A program made the translations under genes and the position numbers. From Candidatus Uhrbacteria bacterium RIFCSPHIGHO2_02_FULL_53_13 (GTDB lineage: Bacteria > Patescibacteriota > Patescibacteriia > UBA9934 > UBA11717), in the NCBI GenBank assembly GCA_001791035.1, contig MGDX01000004.1:1423-38579 (forward strand): a DNA stretch of 37,157 nt. The letters are read 5' to 3'. The notes under the pieces were generated by a model. That model was not told the DNA's origin, made no database searches, and was given only the letters and a program-made list of their open reading frames with translations. Below are positions 24,199 to 31,804 of the stretch, in pieces. Within the stretch, counting starts at the first letter, position 1; the number at the start of each line of letters is the position of its first letter.

Positions 24199-24272
24199 TG
24201 GAGCGGGTAACGGGAATCGAACCCGTGTCTCCAGCTTGGGAAGCTGGCATACTGCCACTGTACTATACCCGC
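24199..24272 (-). tRNA. tRNA-Gly (anticodon CCC), CCA encoded
   Basis: The reverse complement is GCGGGTATAGTACAGTGGCAGTATGCCAGCTTCCCAAGCTGGAGACACGGGTTCGATTCCCGTTACCCGCTCCA (74 nt), with the anticodon loop TTCCCAA. Confidence 0.92.
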
Positions 24273-24393
24273 ACAGCGCACAGATCGCGCGCGCAGTATG
24301 GTACAGAGGATCGACAAAACACTCAAGATTTGCTATCGTGCCGACGTTCGCCGCTCCCCCACATTCGCATACCCACTGACCAACGAAGTAAAC

Positions 24394-24479
24394 GGGCCGA
24401 TGGTGGAATGGTATACACGCGACACTTAAAATGTCGTCCGGAAATCCGGATGAGGGTTCGACCCCCTCTCGGCCCACCA
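24394..24479 (+). tRNA. tRNA-Leu (anticodon UAA), CCA encoded
   Basis: The sequence is GGGCCGATGGTGGAATGGTATACACGCGACACTTAAAATGTCGTCCGGAAATCCGGATGAGGGTTCGACCCCCTCTCGGCCCACCA. It has a long variable arm and the anticodon loop CTTAAAA. Confidence 0.92.
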
Positions 24480-24480
24480 G

Positions 24481-24506
24481 AAACACGACCAGGTTTGGTC
24501 GTGTTT
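24481..24506 (+). terminator. Perfect 10-bp hairpin immediately after tRNA-Leu(UAA)
   Basis: The hairpin is AAACACGACC-AGGUUU-GGUCGUGUUU. The U residues are part of the stem, and no separate U-tract follows. Confidence 0.45.
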
Positions 24507-24548
24507 CAATGTATTAGCGGGACTAAGAGGTTTTGTTATATTACAAGC

Positions 24549-24729
24549 GCTCTGTGGACCGGTCTCTTGTAACGCGGTGCCGCCCGCAAAAGGAGGCCCA
24601 ATAGGCCCTGATCGTCCAGTGTCGTCAGCAACGATCCGATAGGTGGTTACACTCCACTATCAAAAAGGCGAATCAACGCCTGCAGAGCACTTTGTGGCCC
24701 CTTGTCTTCATGAGTGGGCCACTTCTGTT
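24549..24729 (+). ncRNA. Candidate ~180-nt structured sRNA between tRNA-Leu(UAA) and ruvB
   Basis: An extended -10 element TGtTATATT lies at 24534-24542. The closing helix is GCUCUGUGG (24549-24557) / CCUGCAGAGC (24679-24688) and includes two wobble pairs that exist only on the plus strand. Internal hairpins are GAUCGU/ACGAUC, GAUAGGUGG/CCACUAUC, AGGCG/CGCCU and GGCC/GGCC. The terminator is GUGGCCC...GGGCCAC followed by UUCUGUU (24694-24729). Confidence 0.4.
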
Positions 24730-24734
24730 ATACT
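24726..24734 (+). promoter_or_regulatory. Extended -10 element TGtTATACT placed for a leaderless ruvB mRNA
   Basis: The TATACT hexamer ends at 24734, six nt follow, and the ATG is at 24741. The expected transcription start is therefore the A of the start codon. No Shine-Dalgarno sequence is present. Confidence 0.4.
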
Positions 24735-24740
24735 GTGGCT

Positions 24741-25817
24741 ATGTCATCGATGCCTCAAAACCCGTTTTCTGCCGTTCAAGAACCCACCACAGAGAGTGAT
24801 TTTTTGACACCCATTGAAAGCATCGAAGATCATGAGATTGACACAACGTTGCGCCCGAAAAAACTCACCGAATTCATCGGCCAAAGGCAACTCAAAGAAA
24901 ATCTGCGAATTTTTATTGACGCGGCATCGTCGCGTGGCGAAGCGCTCGACCATGTGCTCCTGCACGGCAATCCCGGACTTGGAAAAACCACGCTCGCACA
25001 CATTATCGCAAGCGAGATTGGCGCGAACATCAAAATCACCAGCGGGCCGTCACTCACACGCATTGGCGATTTGGCCGCCATTTTGACCAATCTGCAAAAA
25101 AGCGACGTCCTTTTTATCGACGAAATCCACCGCCTGAACAAGTCGGTTGAGGAAGTCCTATACCCGGCCATGGAGGACCATGCGCTCGATGTGATTGTCG
25201 GCAAAGGACCAAGCGCACGCACCATCCGTCTGGCGCTTGAACCATTCACGCTGATTGGCGCCACCACGCGCATGAGCCTGCTCTCGTCGCCGTTGCGAGA
25301 TCGTTTTGGCGTCACACATCACTTGGAGTTCTATACGCAAGACGATATTGAGCGAATTGTCAAACGTTCCGCAACAATTTTAGGTGTCTCCATAGACGCC
25401 GACGCGTGCGCGACCATCTCCACACGCGCGCGCAGTACGCCGCGTATTGCCAACCGCTTGCTCAAACGCGTGCGAGATTTTGCGCAAGTGAAGCACGATG
25501 GCCGCGTCACCGTCACCATCGCCAACTTGGCGCTCGACGCGCTGTCCATTGACACGCTCGGCATGGAAACCATCGATCGCGTCATCTTGACGACCATCGT
25601 CGAGACATTTCAGGGCGGTCCGGTCGGTCTTGGAACGCTCGCGGCGGCGCTCTCGGAAGACGAAAAAACCATCGAGGAAATTTACGAACCGTTTTTATTG
25701 CAATGCGGCATGATCAATCGTACGCCTCGTGGGCGCGTGGCAACGAAGCGAGCTATTGCCTATTTGGAATCGAGAAACAAGAATCTGTCATCCTCCAGGT
25801 TGTCATTGCGAACATAG
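24741..25817 (+). CDS. ruvB: Holliday junction branch-migration DNA helicase RuvB
   Basis: [12 protein letters not shown]..., the Walker A motif [11 protein letters not shown], the Walker B motif [10 protein letters not shown], and the C-terminal winged helix [37 protein letters not shown] are all present. The ATG at 24741 is preferred to the listed GTG at 24714. Confidence 0.95.
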   Translation: MSSMPQNPFSAVQEPTTESDFLTPIESIEDHEIDTTLRPKKLTEFIGQRQLKENLRIFIDAASSRGEALDHVLLHGNPGLGKTTLAHIIASEIGANIKITSGPSLTRIGDLAAILTNLQKSDVLFIDEIHRLNKSVEEVLYPAMEDHALDVIVGKGPSARTIRLALEPFTLIGATTRMSLLSSPLRDRFGVTHHLEFYTQDDIERIVKRSATILGVSIDADACATISTRARSTPRIANRLLKRVRDFAQVKHDGRVTVTIANLALDALSIDTLGMETIDRVILTTIVETFQGGPVGLGTLAAALSEDEKTIEEIYEPFLLQCGMINRTPRGRVATKRAIAYLESRNKNLSSSRLSLRT

Positions 25818-25867
25818 TGACACAATCTAACGCCTAATAAGATTACTTCGCGTTGCTCGCAATGACA
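25801..25867. repeat. Dispersed inverted-repeat family, locus R2
   Basis: The two arms are TGTCATTGCGAACATAGTGACACAATCT (25801-25828) and AGATTACTTCGCGTTGCTCGCAATGACA (25840-25867). The left arm contains the ruvB stop codon. Confidence 0.75.
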
Positions 25868-25900
25868 GACAGGCGGATACTTCATACGTGATACTTCCCT

Positions 25901-26158
25901 ATGATCCCCATCAGCATCCTGCTCGTCATCTTTCTCGCCTTCATCGGGCTTGTGGTGCTGTTCACATTCTTCAATGTGTACCATATTTTGCGTTTTGGAA
26001 AAGCGGGCCTCTTTACCCTCGGCATCACCGCCATCTATCTGGTGGTCATCGGAGCGCTCCTGATGTGGTCGCTCTACAACATTCTGACGATTGATTGGAC
26101 GCTCACGATCAACCTCTTCGGCTTCGAGCCAAACATCACCAACATCTACCGATACTGA
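25901..26158 (+). CDS. Small integral membrane protein (2 predicted TM helices)
   Basis: The 85-aa ORF contains two long hydrophobic stretches, ISILLVIFLAFIGLVVLFTFF and LFTLGITAIYLVVIGALLMWSL. Confidence 0.55.
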   Translation: MIPISILLVIFLAFIGLVVLFTFFNVYHILRFGKAGLFTLGITAIYLVVIGALLMWSLYNILTIDWTLTINLFGFEPNITNIYRY

Positions 26159-26160
26159 AT

Positions 26161-26718
26161 ATGTTTCACCTTCAACATCTCCCCAACCATCGCCCCGGAG
26201 AAAAAACGGTCTTGTTTTTGCGCCGACATTGGATTGCGGTGTTCCGTCTCGTCGGTTTCACCGCCATCGCGGCGATCGCGCCCATCGGTTTGTTGTGGCT
26301 CCTTAGCGAGCTCTTTCCAACGCTTCTGGTAGTGCCGACATCAAACGCGATTGCGACCGTGTTCATTTCCATATACTACCTCGCGGTCGTAACGTTCTTT
26401 TTTCAGGAATTTATCGACTACTACTTGGACACATGGGTCGTGACCACGGAGCGCATTATCAACATTGAACAGCACGGGCTTTTCCATCGCGTTGCCTCCG
26501 AGATGCACTTGGCGATGGTACAAGATGTGACGGCAACCGTGCGCGGCGCCCTGCGCACATTTTTGGATTACGGCGACGTCCACATCCACTCGGCCGGCCC
26601 CATACAGCAGTTTCGCTTTAGAGACATCGCCAATCCCGAGCGCGTTCGCCAAGTTGTTCAGCAATTAACCGAAGACGATAAGCATCGCCATCCGAGCGCA
26701 TACGGCCCAAACCACTAA
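26161..26718 (+). CDS. Membrane-flanked bacterial PH-domain (bPH_2/DUF304-like) protein
   Basis: The ATG at 26161 lies 2 nt after the upstream stop codon. Two TM helices are followed by DTWVVTTERIINIEQHGLFHRVASEMHLAMVQDV...GDVHIHSAG. Confidence 0.65.
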   Translation: MFHLQHLPNHRPGEKTVLFLRRHWIAVFRLVGFTAIAAIAPIGLLWLLSELFPTLLVVPTSNAIATVFISIYYLAVVTFFFQEFIDYYLDTWVVTTERIINIEQHGLFHRVASEMHLAMVQDVTATVRGALRTFLDYGDVHIHSAGPIQQFRFRDIANPERVRQVVQQLTEDDKHRHPSAYGPNH

Positions 26719-26721
26719 CAC

Positions 26722-27669
26722 ATGACCGCGCGTCTTCTTCCCTTTTTCATTCAACTCGTACAGTCCTATATCTTTTTGATTGTCGCCGCTCTTGTGATCG
26801 GACTGTTCTTGCCGCAATACGCCATCTATCTTGCGCCGTTTGCGACGCTGGCTTTACAGGCGATCTTTTTTTTGACCAGTCTGAAGCTCGACATGCGCGG
26901 AGTGCTGGCCGCCGCGCGCAACATAAAGATGCTCGTGTCGGCCAACGTGTTTATGCTCGTTCTGCTTCCCGCGGCCGTGTTTTTGTTGGCAAACGCCATT
27001 GTTCCCGAAATGGCTGTCGCGTTACTGCTACTTGCGAGTATGCCGACGGGAATGACCGCGCCTTTGCTCACCGAAGTCGTCGGCGGCAAAACAGACATCG
27101 CGCTCGTTCTCACACTCACCACATCGCTCTTGGCTCCGTTCACCGTGCCGTTTGTGATTGGCTTGTTCGCTGGAACCGCTATCACCGTTGGTGCATGGAC
27201 CATGTTTTGGAGCTTGATCAAAGTCATTATTGTTCCGTTTGTGCTCGCACAGGGCGTTCGCGCTGTCGCCAATGGGCGTATCAGACGTATCGCACCCATG
27301 TTCAAGCCGATTTCCCTTCTATTGCTTTGCTTGCTCATTGCCGGCGTCGTTGCCAAACAAGCCGACGTTATTTTGGCGGGCTTTGGCGAAACGATTGCCC
27401 TGCAACTTCTGGTGCTCTTTGCCTTCGTGGCGCTCCTTTTAGCGCTCGGCTATTTTGTGGCGTTTTGGCGCCACTGCGCGGAGCGCGCAACCGTTTCCGT
27501 TTGCATGACCTTCATGAATTTCACGCTGGCGATTTACTTGGCAGGCTCATTTTTTGCCGATCCGCGCGTGCTGTTAGCCTCCGTACTCATCATCTTTCCG
27601 TGGACACTTTTGCTCTTGCCGTTCCGCGCAATCATGCGACGCTTGGTTTGCAAAAAGTCACTTTCCTGA
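26722..27669 (+). CDS. Bile acid:sodium symporter (BASS/SBF) family transporter
   Basis: The protein is polytopic, and LASMPTGMTAPLLTEVVGGK and SLKLDMRGV are typical of SBF-like transporters. Confidence 0.75.
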   Translation: MTARLLPFFIQLVQSYIFLIVAALVIGLFLPQYAIYLAPFATLALQAIFFLTSLKLDMRGVLAAARNIKMLVSANVFMLVLLPAAVFLLANAIVPEMAVALLLLASMPTGMTAPLLTEVVGGKTDIALVLTLTTSLLAPFTVPFVIGLFAGTAITVGAWTMFWSLIKVIIVPFVLAQGVRAVANGRIRRIAPMFKPISLLLLCLLIAGVVAKQADVILAGFGETIALQLLVLFAFVALLLALGYFVAFWRHCAERATVSVCMTFMNFTLAIYLAGSFFADPRVLLASVLIIFPWTLLLLPFRAIMRRLVCKKSLS

Positions 27670-27686
27670 CGATCGTCAGAAAAGTG
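27659..27686. repeat. Palindrome family copy B (CACTTTCCTGACGATCGTCAGAAAAGTG)
   Basis: This is a 28-nt palindrome with one mismatch. It contains the stop codon of the BASS gene (27667-27669) and ends 10 nt before the stop codon of the convergent carboxypeptidase gene. Confidence 0.8.
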
Positions 27687-27695
27687 CCATAACCG

Positions 27696-28742
27696 CTACC
27701 ACGTAAAATTCTCCCACGCCCAGTGGCTCAACGCTTCCACATTTTTGAAACTGTCGCCGCGCATCGGCGAACCGAGCACGACGACCACAAGCTCCCGCCG
27801 ATCATCAAAGCGCGATGGCCGCAGAACTTCCACGACATTCCATCCGGACTCATGCAGGTATCCCGTTTTTCCCGCCATCACCCACACGTCGTCGAACTCG
27901 GGTTGATACAGCATCCAGTTTGTTGTCATCACGTCGCGCTGAACACCATCGCTCCCCGTCATCAGCCGGCGATACGTTTGCGCCATCTCGCGTACCGCTT
28001 CATTTTCGCTAAAAATGGTCGCCGCCATTTTCCCAACTTCGCGCGCTGTCGAAACATTGCCAACCTCAATCCCGGATGGGTCTGTAAACTCCGTGTGTCG
28101 CAGGCCGAGCTGGTACGCTCGCGTGTTCATGTACGCCACAAAGTCCGCCTTGGTTCCGCCCAAGATGCGCGCTACCGAGTTGGCCGTATTGTTCGCCGAG
28201 CCGACAAGCGTGGCATACAGCAGATCGCGCAGACGAAAACGCGTACCGTGCTCCACCAAAAGTTTAGCGCCGCCAACGTCGTCTGAATCATAGACGTTGT
28301 GCCAAACATCAAGTGACGACACGTTGCGCGTCACAATGTCCGCTGTGATGAGCTTGGTGATAGACGCGATCGGCCACGATTGATCCGCATGATACGCCCC
28401 TAAAACGTGTCCACTATTTTTGTCGATGACCACCCATGCCGCCGCATTGGTTGCGGGTGCTTCTCTGCCGTTGTGTGAGGGCGGCAATGTTTTTGGCCGG
28501 TATCCCGCAAGCGACGGATACACTTGCCAACCGTACTGACGCGCCCAATCGTCAAGGTCAATCAAAAACCCCGCGGCTGTGCCGGGCACCGCGCGGCCCG
28601 TCGCCTCAAACGCCAACTGCAAATCCGGCCGCTCGTTGTAAATGTCGAGCAACTCCGGCGCCATGGCATGCGCTGGCCAGGAAAGCGCGGCCGAAACCGC
28701 GGTAAATAATGCAATGTTGAGCAACAATATCCCTCGCTTCAT
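27696..28742 (-). CDS. D-alanyl-D-alanine carboxypeptidase (serine peptidase S11, PBP5-like)
   Basis: There is a signal peptide, the SxxK motif as ASITK, the SxN motif as GSANN and the KTG motif as AGKTGY. Confidence 0.88.
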   Translation of the reverse strand: MKRGILLLNIALFTAVSAALSWPAHAMAPELLDIYNERPDLQLAFEATGRAVPGTAAGFLIDLDDWARQYGWQVYPSLAGYRPKTLPPSHNGREAPATNAAAWVVIDKNSGHVLGAYHADQSWPIASITKLITADIVTRNVSSLDVWHNVYDSDDVGGAKLLVEHGTRFRLRDLLYATLVGSANNTANSVARILGGTKADFVAYMNTRAYQLGLRHTEFTDPSGIEVGNVSTAREVGKMAATIFSENEAVREMAQTYRRLMTGSDGVQRDVMTTNWMLYQPEFDDVWVMAGKTGYLHESGWNVVEVLRPSRFDDRRELVVVVLGSPMRGDSFKNVEALSHWAWENFTW

Positions 28743-28804
28743 AGCGAGAGTAATTATATCAAAATCTCTCTAGTAATCTCTAACACTCTGAACGTTTTTT
28801 CACG

Positions 28805-28826
28805 ATCGTGAAAAAAGTGTCATGCA
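28805..28826. repeat. Palindrome family copy C (TTTTTTCACGATCGTGAAAAAA)
   Basis: This perfect 22-bp palindrome lies 63 nt upstream of the carboxypeptidase start codon. It shares the 3' extension AAAAGTG(C/T)CAT with copy B. Confidence 0.8.
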
Positions 28827-28828
28827 AT

Positions 28829-29083
28829 CTATGCCGCGCGGGAAGGACGATGTTGGTCGCCTTGCGCGTCCTTAGAGTCTTGCGCTCTTAACCCCCCCAG
28901 TTCCTGTTCACGCTCGGCTTTCTCAAGTAAATCCTCGGCATCATAACGACGTCGCAACCGATCCGGCCATTCGGTAGGTTCAATCACGATGTCCTCGGCA
29001 AATAGCTCATGAACAGGTTCACTGTCCACACGACGGCGGTTGCCCATATCCGGACGATGGCGATCGAGTTTATATCGCTTCAT
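28829..29083 (-). CDS. Hypothetical highly charged small protein (84 aa)
   Basis: The ORF overlaps the SpoIID gene stop codon by 14 nt on the same strand. I recognise no family, and the composition is Arg/Asp/Glu-rich. Confidence 0.4.
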   Translation of the reverse strand: MKRYKLDRHRPDMGNRRRVDSEPVHELFAEDIVIEPTEWPDRLRRRYDAEDLLEKAEREQELGGLRAQDSKDAQGDQHRPSRAA

Positions 29084-31154
29084 ATGACCAGCGTTTTACT
29101 AAGTCAACACCTGTGTAAAAGTACTTCAAAATCTCATCGAATGAAGAGCCGTTATTTGCCATACACAGCGCACCGCCTGCAGACATTCCAACGCCGTGTC
29201 CCCACATCGTTTTGCCAACCTCGCATGGCACCGCCACCGCCTTGGCATACGGCACATCGCGCCCCCACACATCTGCCCAATCGCGTGTGCGCCCATCCGA
29301 TCGCGAAAAGTACGACGCCACAATCGTATCGCCCGCATACTGAATCGTTACGCCAGCCGTGTTGTTCACTGCTTTGACTACGCTCGAGCGCCGTACTTCG
29401 GCGTTGTAGCCATGATACACCTGATCGGCCGCCGTGTTTTTCATGTCAATAAACTCGCCCTCATACTTGGTTTTATGTTCAAAGTTGTACATGGCGAATG
29501 TACGCGCGGCCGTCACTAACGCTTCCAAGTACGCTACCGGCGCATCGCCGCTTGTTTCGTCGAGACCGTACAAATACGACTCCATAGGCAGTTCGTTGAT
29601 CATCCACGTGCGATCTCGGCGCGTGTTGTGTCGCAACTCCATCGTGTCGCGAAACACGTTGTCATTCCACACCGTGTTGTATGAGCGCACGTCCGAGAAA
29701 CTCGACAGGGTGAATATCGTCTCTCGACCATTCACACCCTCAAAGCGCAGATACTCGTCTGAAAAAAGGATACTGCCATTTGACTCAAATACATACTGCG
29801 TTCCGTTCCAATTTGCGCGCATCGGCTGACCGGCCGGCACGATGGCGAGTGCAGTTTTGTTGTCACCCGTCACGACGCGTACGTCGCTATTGGCCGACAG
29901 GATGGCTTCGGATACCACCGTATCAATGCCAATGCGTACACGCGGTTCCTCGATGGTGTCGCCCTGCAAAATCACCACCTTCCGCTCATCAAGGGGAGCG
30001 TCTATGATTTCTGGTGCGCCGCTTGTCACTTCAACTGGAATGTCTATGACGCCGCCTGCAACCTCCGTATCATTGGCGAAAATCTGAAATCGTACGGTGT
30101 GCCGGCCGCGCGTCGTGGGCGCGCGAAATGAAAAATCCATCACCTCCACGTCGCCGGGCGCGACTTTAGCCGAGCGAGCAAGTGCGATACTACTTGAAAC
30201 CCACGATGGATGGTACGTCATTGCAAGTTCGCTGGCGGCAAGTCCCGTTTGCGCCGACGCGAGCGTATACGAATGCCACGCCGTCGTTCCGGTATTTTTG
30301 ACAGCTGCCTTTACGGCAAACGATTGCCCCGCTTTTGCCACGATGCTTCCGGCAGACGTCGCCACTATTTCAGCTTTGAACGCATCTGGATCAGCTTTTG
30401 CCTTTGCGGATTTGTCTATCGGTGCTTCGCTCTCCGCCGGTGCTTCGCTCTCCGCGACCGCATCACCGACAGTCATGCCGACAGAAAACACGCCACCCTC
30501 AAACCACGCCACATCATCTGCGGCAAGTCGAAACGTTTCCTTCAATGTTCCCTCAAACGCCGGAGGCGCGTACACAGAAAAAACAAATGTCCCGGTTTCT
30601 CCCGGGGCGACCGACGTTTCCTGCAGAGTGCCCGTTTGATGGTCGTTTTGCCACAACGATCCACGATACGGACTCACATGATATTTTGGCTCCCACGTGT
30701 ACGCCGAGACGAACGCCTTGCCCGTCTGTGACCATGGTTGCGTGCCGATGTTTTTGAGTTGGACGGTCACGTTGGCGGACTCTCCTTCCGCAAGTGAGAC
30801 GGTTGAAGGCGACACGGACACAATCAGCGCATCGTAGCCGCTTGCGGCGTGTGCGGTCGAAATGCCAAGGAACGCATTGAACCAATCCCCAACACCAAGT
30901 TGCTGTGTACGCACAACCTCACGGTTCACAGGGAGCTCGCTCGTCACCGCAAATTCCAAAATGGCTAAACTTGCCGCCAAAGCCACGGTTACAAAAAGCG
31001 CCACGAGAACATGCGAGGTCATCTGCCAAAACGCAGACAAACGTTCACGAATACTCTCGTGACACTTCTGCTCATCGTGCGCAATGTGCACAATGTGCAC
31101 ACAAAGAATGGACTTCTCAATGGCCGAAAGGCTGTATTCCATGTTTGTTTTCAT
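29070..31154 (-). CDS. SpoIID/LytB-domain protein with N-terminal Ig-like repeats
   Basis: The C-terminal SpoIID region reads MESYLYGLDE...ALVTAARTFAMYN...YHGYNAE...ASYFSRSDGRTRDWADVWG...GHGVGMSAGGA. The N-terminus has a TM helix and two similar beta-rich repeats. Confidence 0.85.
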   Translation of the reverse strand: MKTNMEYSLSAIEKSILCVHIVHIAHDEQKCHESIRERLSAFWQMTSHVLVALFVTVALAASLAILEFAVTSELPVNREVVRTQQLGVGDWFNAFLGISTAHAASGYDALIVSVSPSTVSLAEGESANVTVQLKNIGTQPWSQTGKAFVSAYTWEPKYHVSPYRGSLWQNDHQTGTLQETSVAPGETGTFVFSVYAPPAFEGTLKETFRLAADDVAWFEGGVFSVGMTVGDAVAESEAPAESEAPIDKSAKAKADPDAFKAEIVATSAGSIVAKAGQSFAVKAAVKNTGTTAWHSYTLASAQTGLAASELAMTYHPSWVSSSIALARSAKVAPGDVEVMDFSFRAPTTRGRHTVRFQIFANDTEVAGGVIDIPVEVTSGAPEIIDAPLDERKVVILQGDTIEEPRVRIGIDTVVSEAILSANSDVRVVTGDNKTALAIVPAGQPMRANWNGTQYVFESNGSILFSDEYLRFEGVNGRETIFTLSSFSDVRSYNTVWNDNVFRDTMELRHNTRRDRTWMINELPMESYLYGLDETSGDAPVAYLEALVTAARTFAMYNFEHKTKYEGEFIDMKNTAADQVYHGYNAEVRRSSVVKAVNNTAGVTIQYAGDTIVASYFSRSDGRTRDWADVWGRDVPYAKAVAVPCEVGKTMWGHGVGMSAGGALCMANNGSSFDEILKYFYTGVDLVKRWSYEAI

Positions 31155-31287
31155 GTTATGAGCTGTTCATAACGCGCATAGTATACCGCGAAAAATCGTG
31201 TTTGTCAATGTGTTGTATCTGGCCTTATGCATGTGTGAACACATTTTGTGTTCAAAAGTTTACGCCCCACAGTGTGAGGCGCTTTCA

Positions 31288-31749
31288 CTAGAGTCTCTTG
31301 GCCTTCTCAAGTCCGGCGTTCGTGAGTATGTAGGCAAACTGCCTACAATCATCAACGACGCCTGTAACCACATCCTCGATGGTGTGATTTCTGAGTGGCG
31401 TCGACGTGACGTATCCCCTCAATTCGAGTATCGCGAGGGTGATCTTCACAACGTTACAAAACGTCTCTGCATCGTCCCCACGACGCCTAACCTGGCTGAT
31501 GGCAGTGTGCATGAGAATTGCCTCTCCGCTCATCGCTTGGGACCGTTCTCTTGCACTCAAGAGCACGAGTAGCGCTCTTTGCACATCGCGCGTATACCCA
31601 TAGATCCAAACACCAATCCCGATCAGGACGATCGCAATGCCCACCGATGTATAGATGGGGTACTGGAACAAGAACTTCAAAATGACTACAAAACTTATGG
31701 CATACAACACGAGCCGCAACAATTTCATAGCTTGGTATGTATAGCACAC
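31288..31749 (-). CDS. Hypothetical membrane protein with a C-terminal winged-helix-like segment
   Basis: Two N-terminal TM helices (LVLYAISFVVILKFLF; VGIAIVLIGIGVWIYGY) are followed by a segment resembling a PadR/MarR-like wHTH (LLVLLSARERSQAMSGEAILMHTA...ITLAILELRGYVTS). The domain call is tentative. Confidence 0.5.
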   Translation of the reverse strand: MCYTYQAMKLLRLVLYAISFVVILKFLFQYPIYTSVGIAIVLIGIGVWIYGYTRDVQRALLVLLSARERSQAMSGEAILMHTAISQVRRRGDDAETFCNVVKITLAILELRGYVTSTPLRNHTIEDVVTGVVDDCRQFAYILTNAGLEKAKRL

Positions 31750-31791
31750 AAATCATCAACCGTCAACCTATAACCAACACCCTCCATCCTG

Positions 31792-31797
31792 TATAAT
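31792..31797 (+). promoter_or_regulatory. Consensus -10 hexamer TATAAT placed 7 nt before the flippase ATG
   Basis: The sequence is TATAAT-ccccatc-ATG (ATG at 31805), with no Shine-Dalgarno sequence. This implies a leaderless or 1-nt-leader transcript. Confidence 0.35.
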
Positions 31798-31804
31798 CCC
31801 CATC

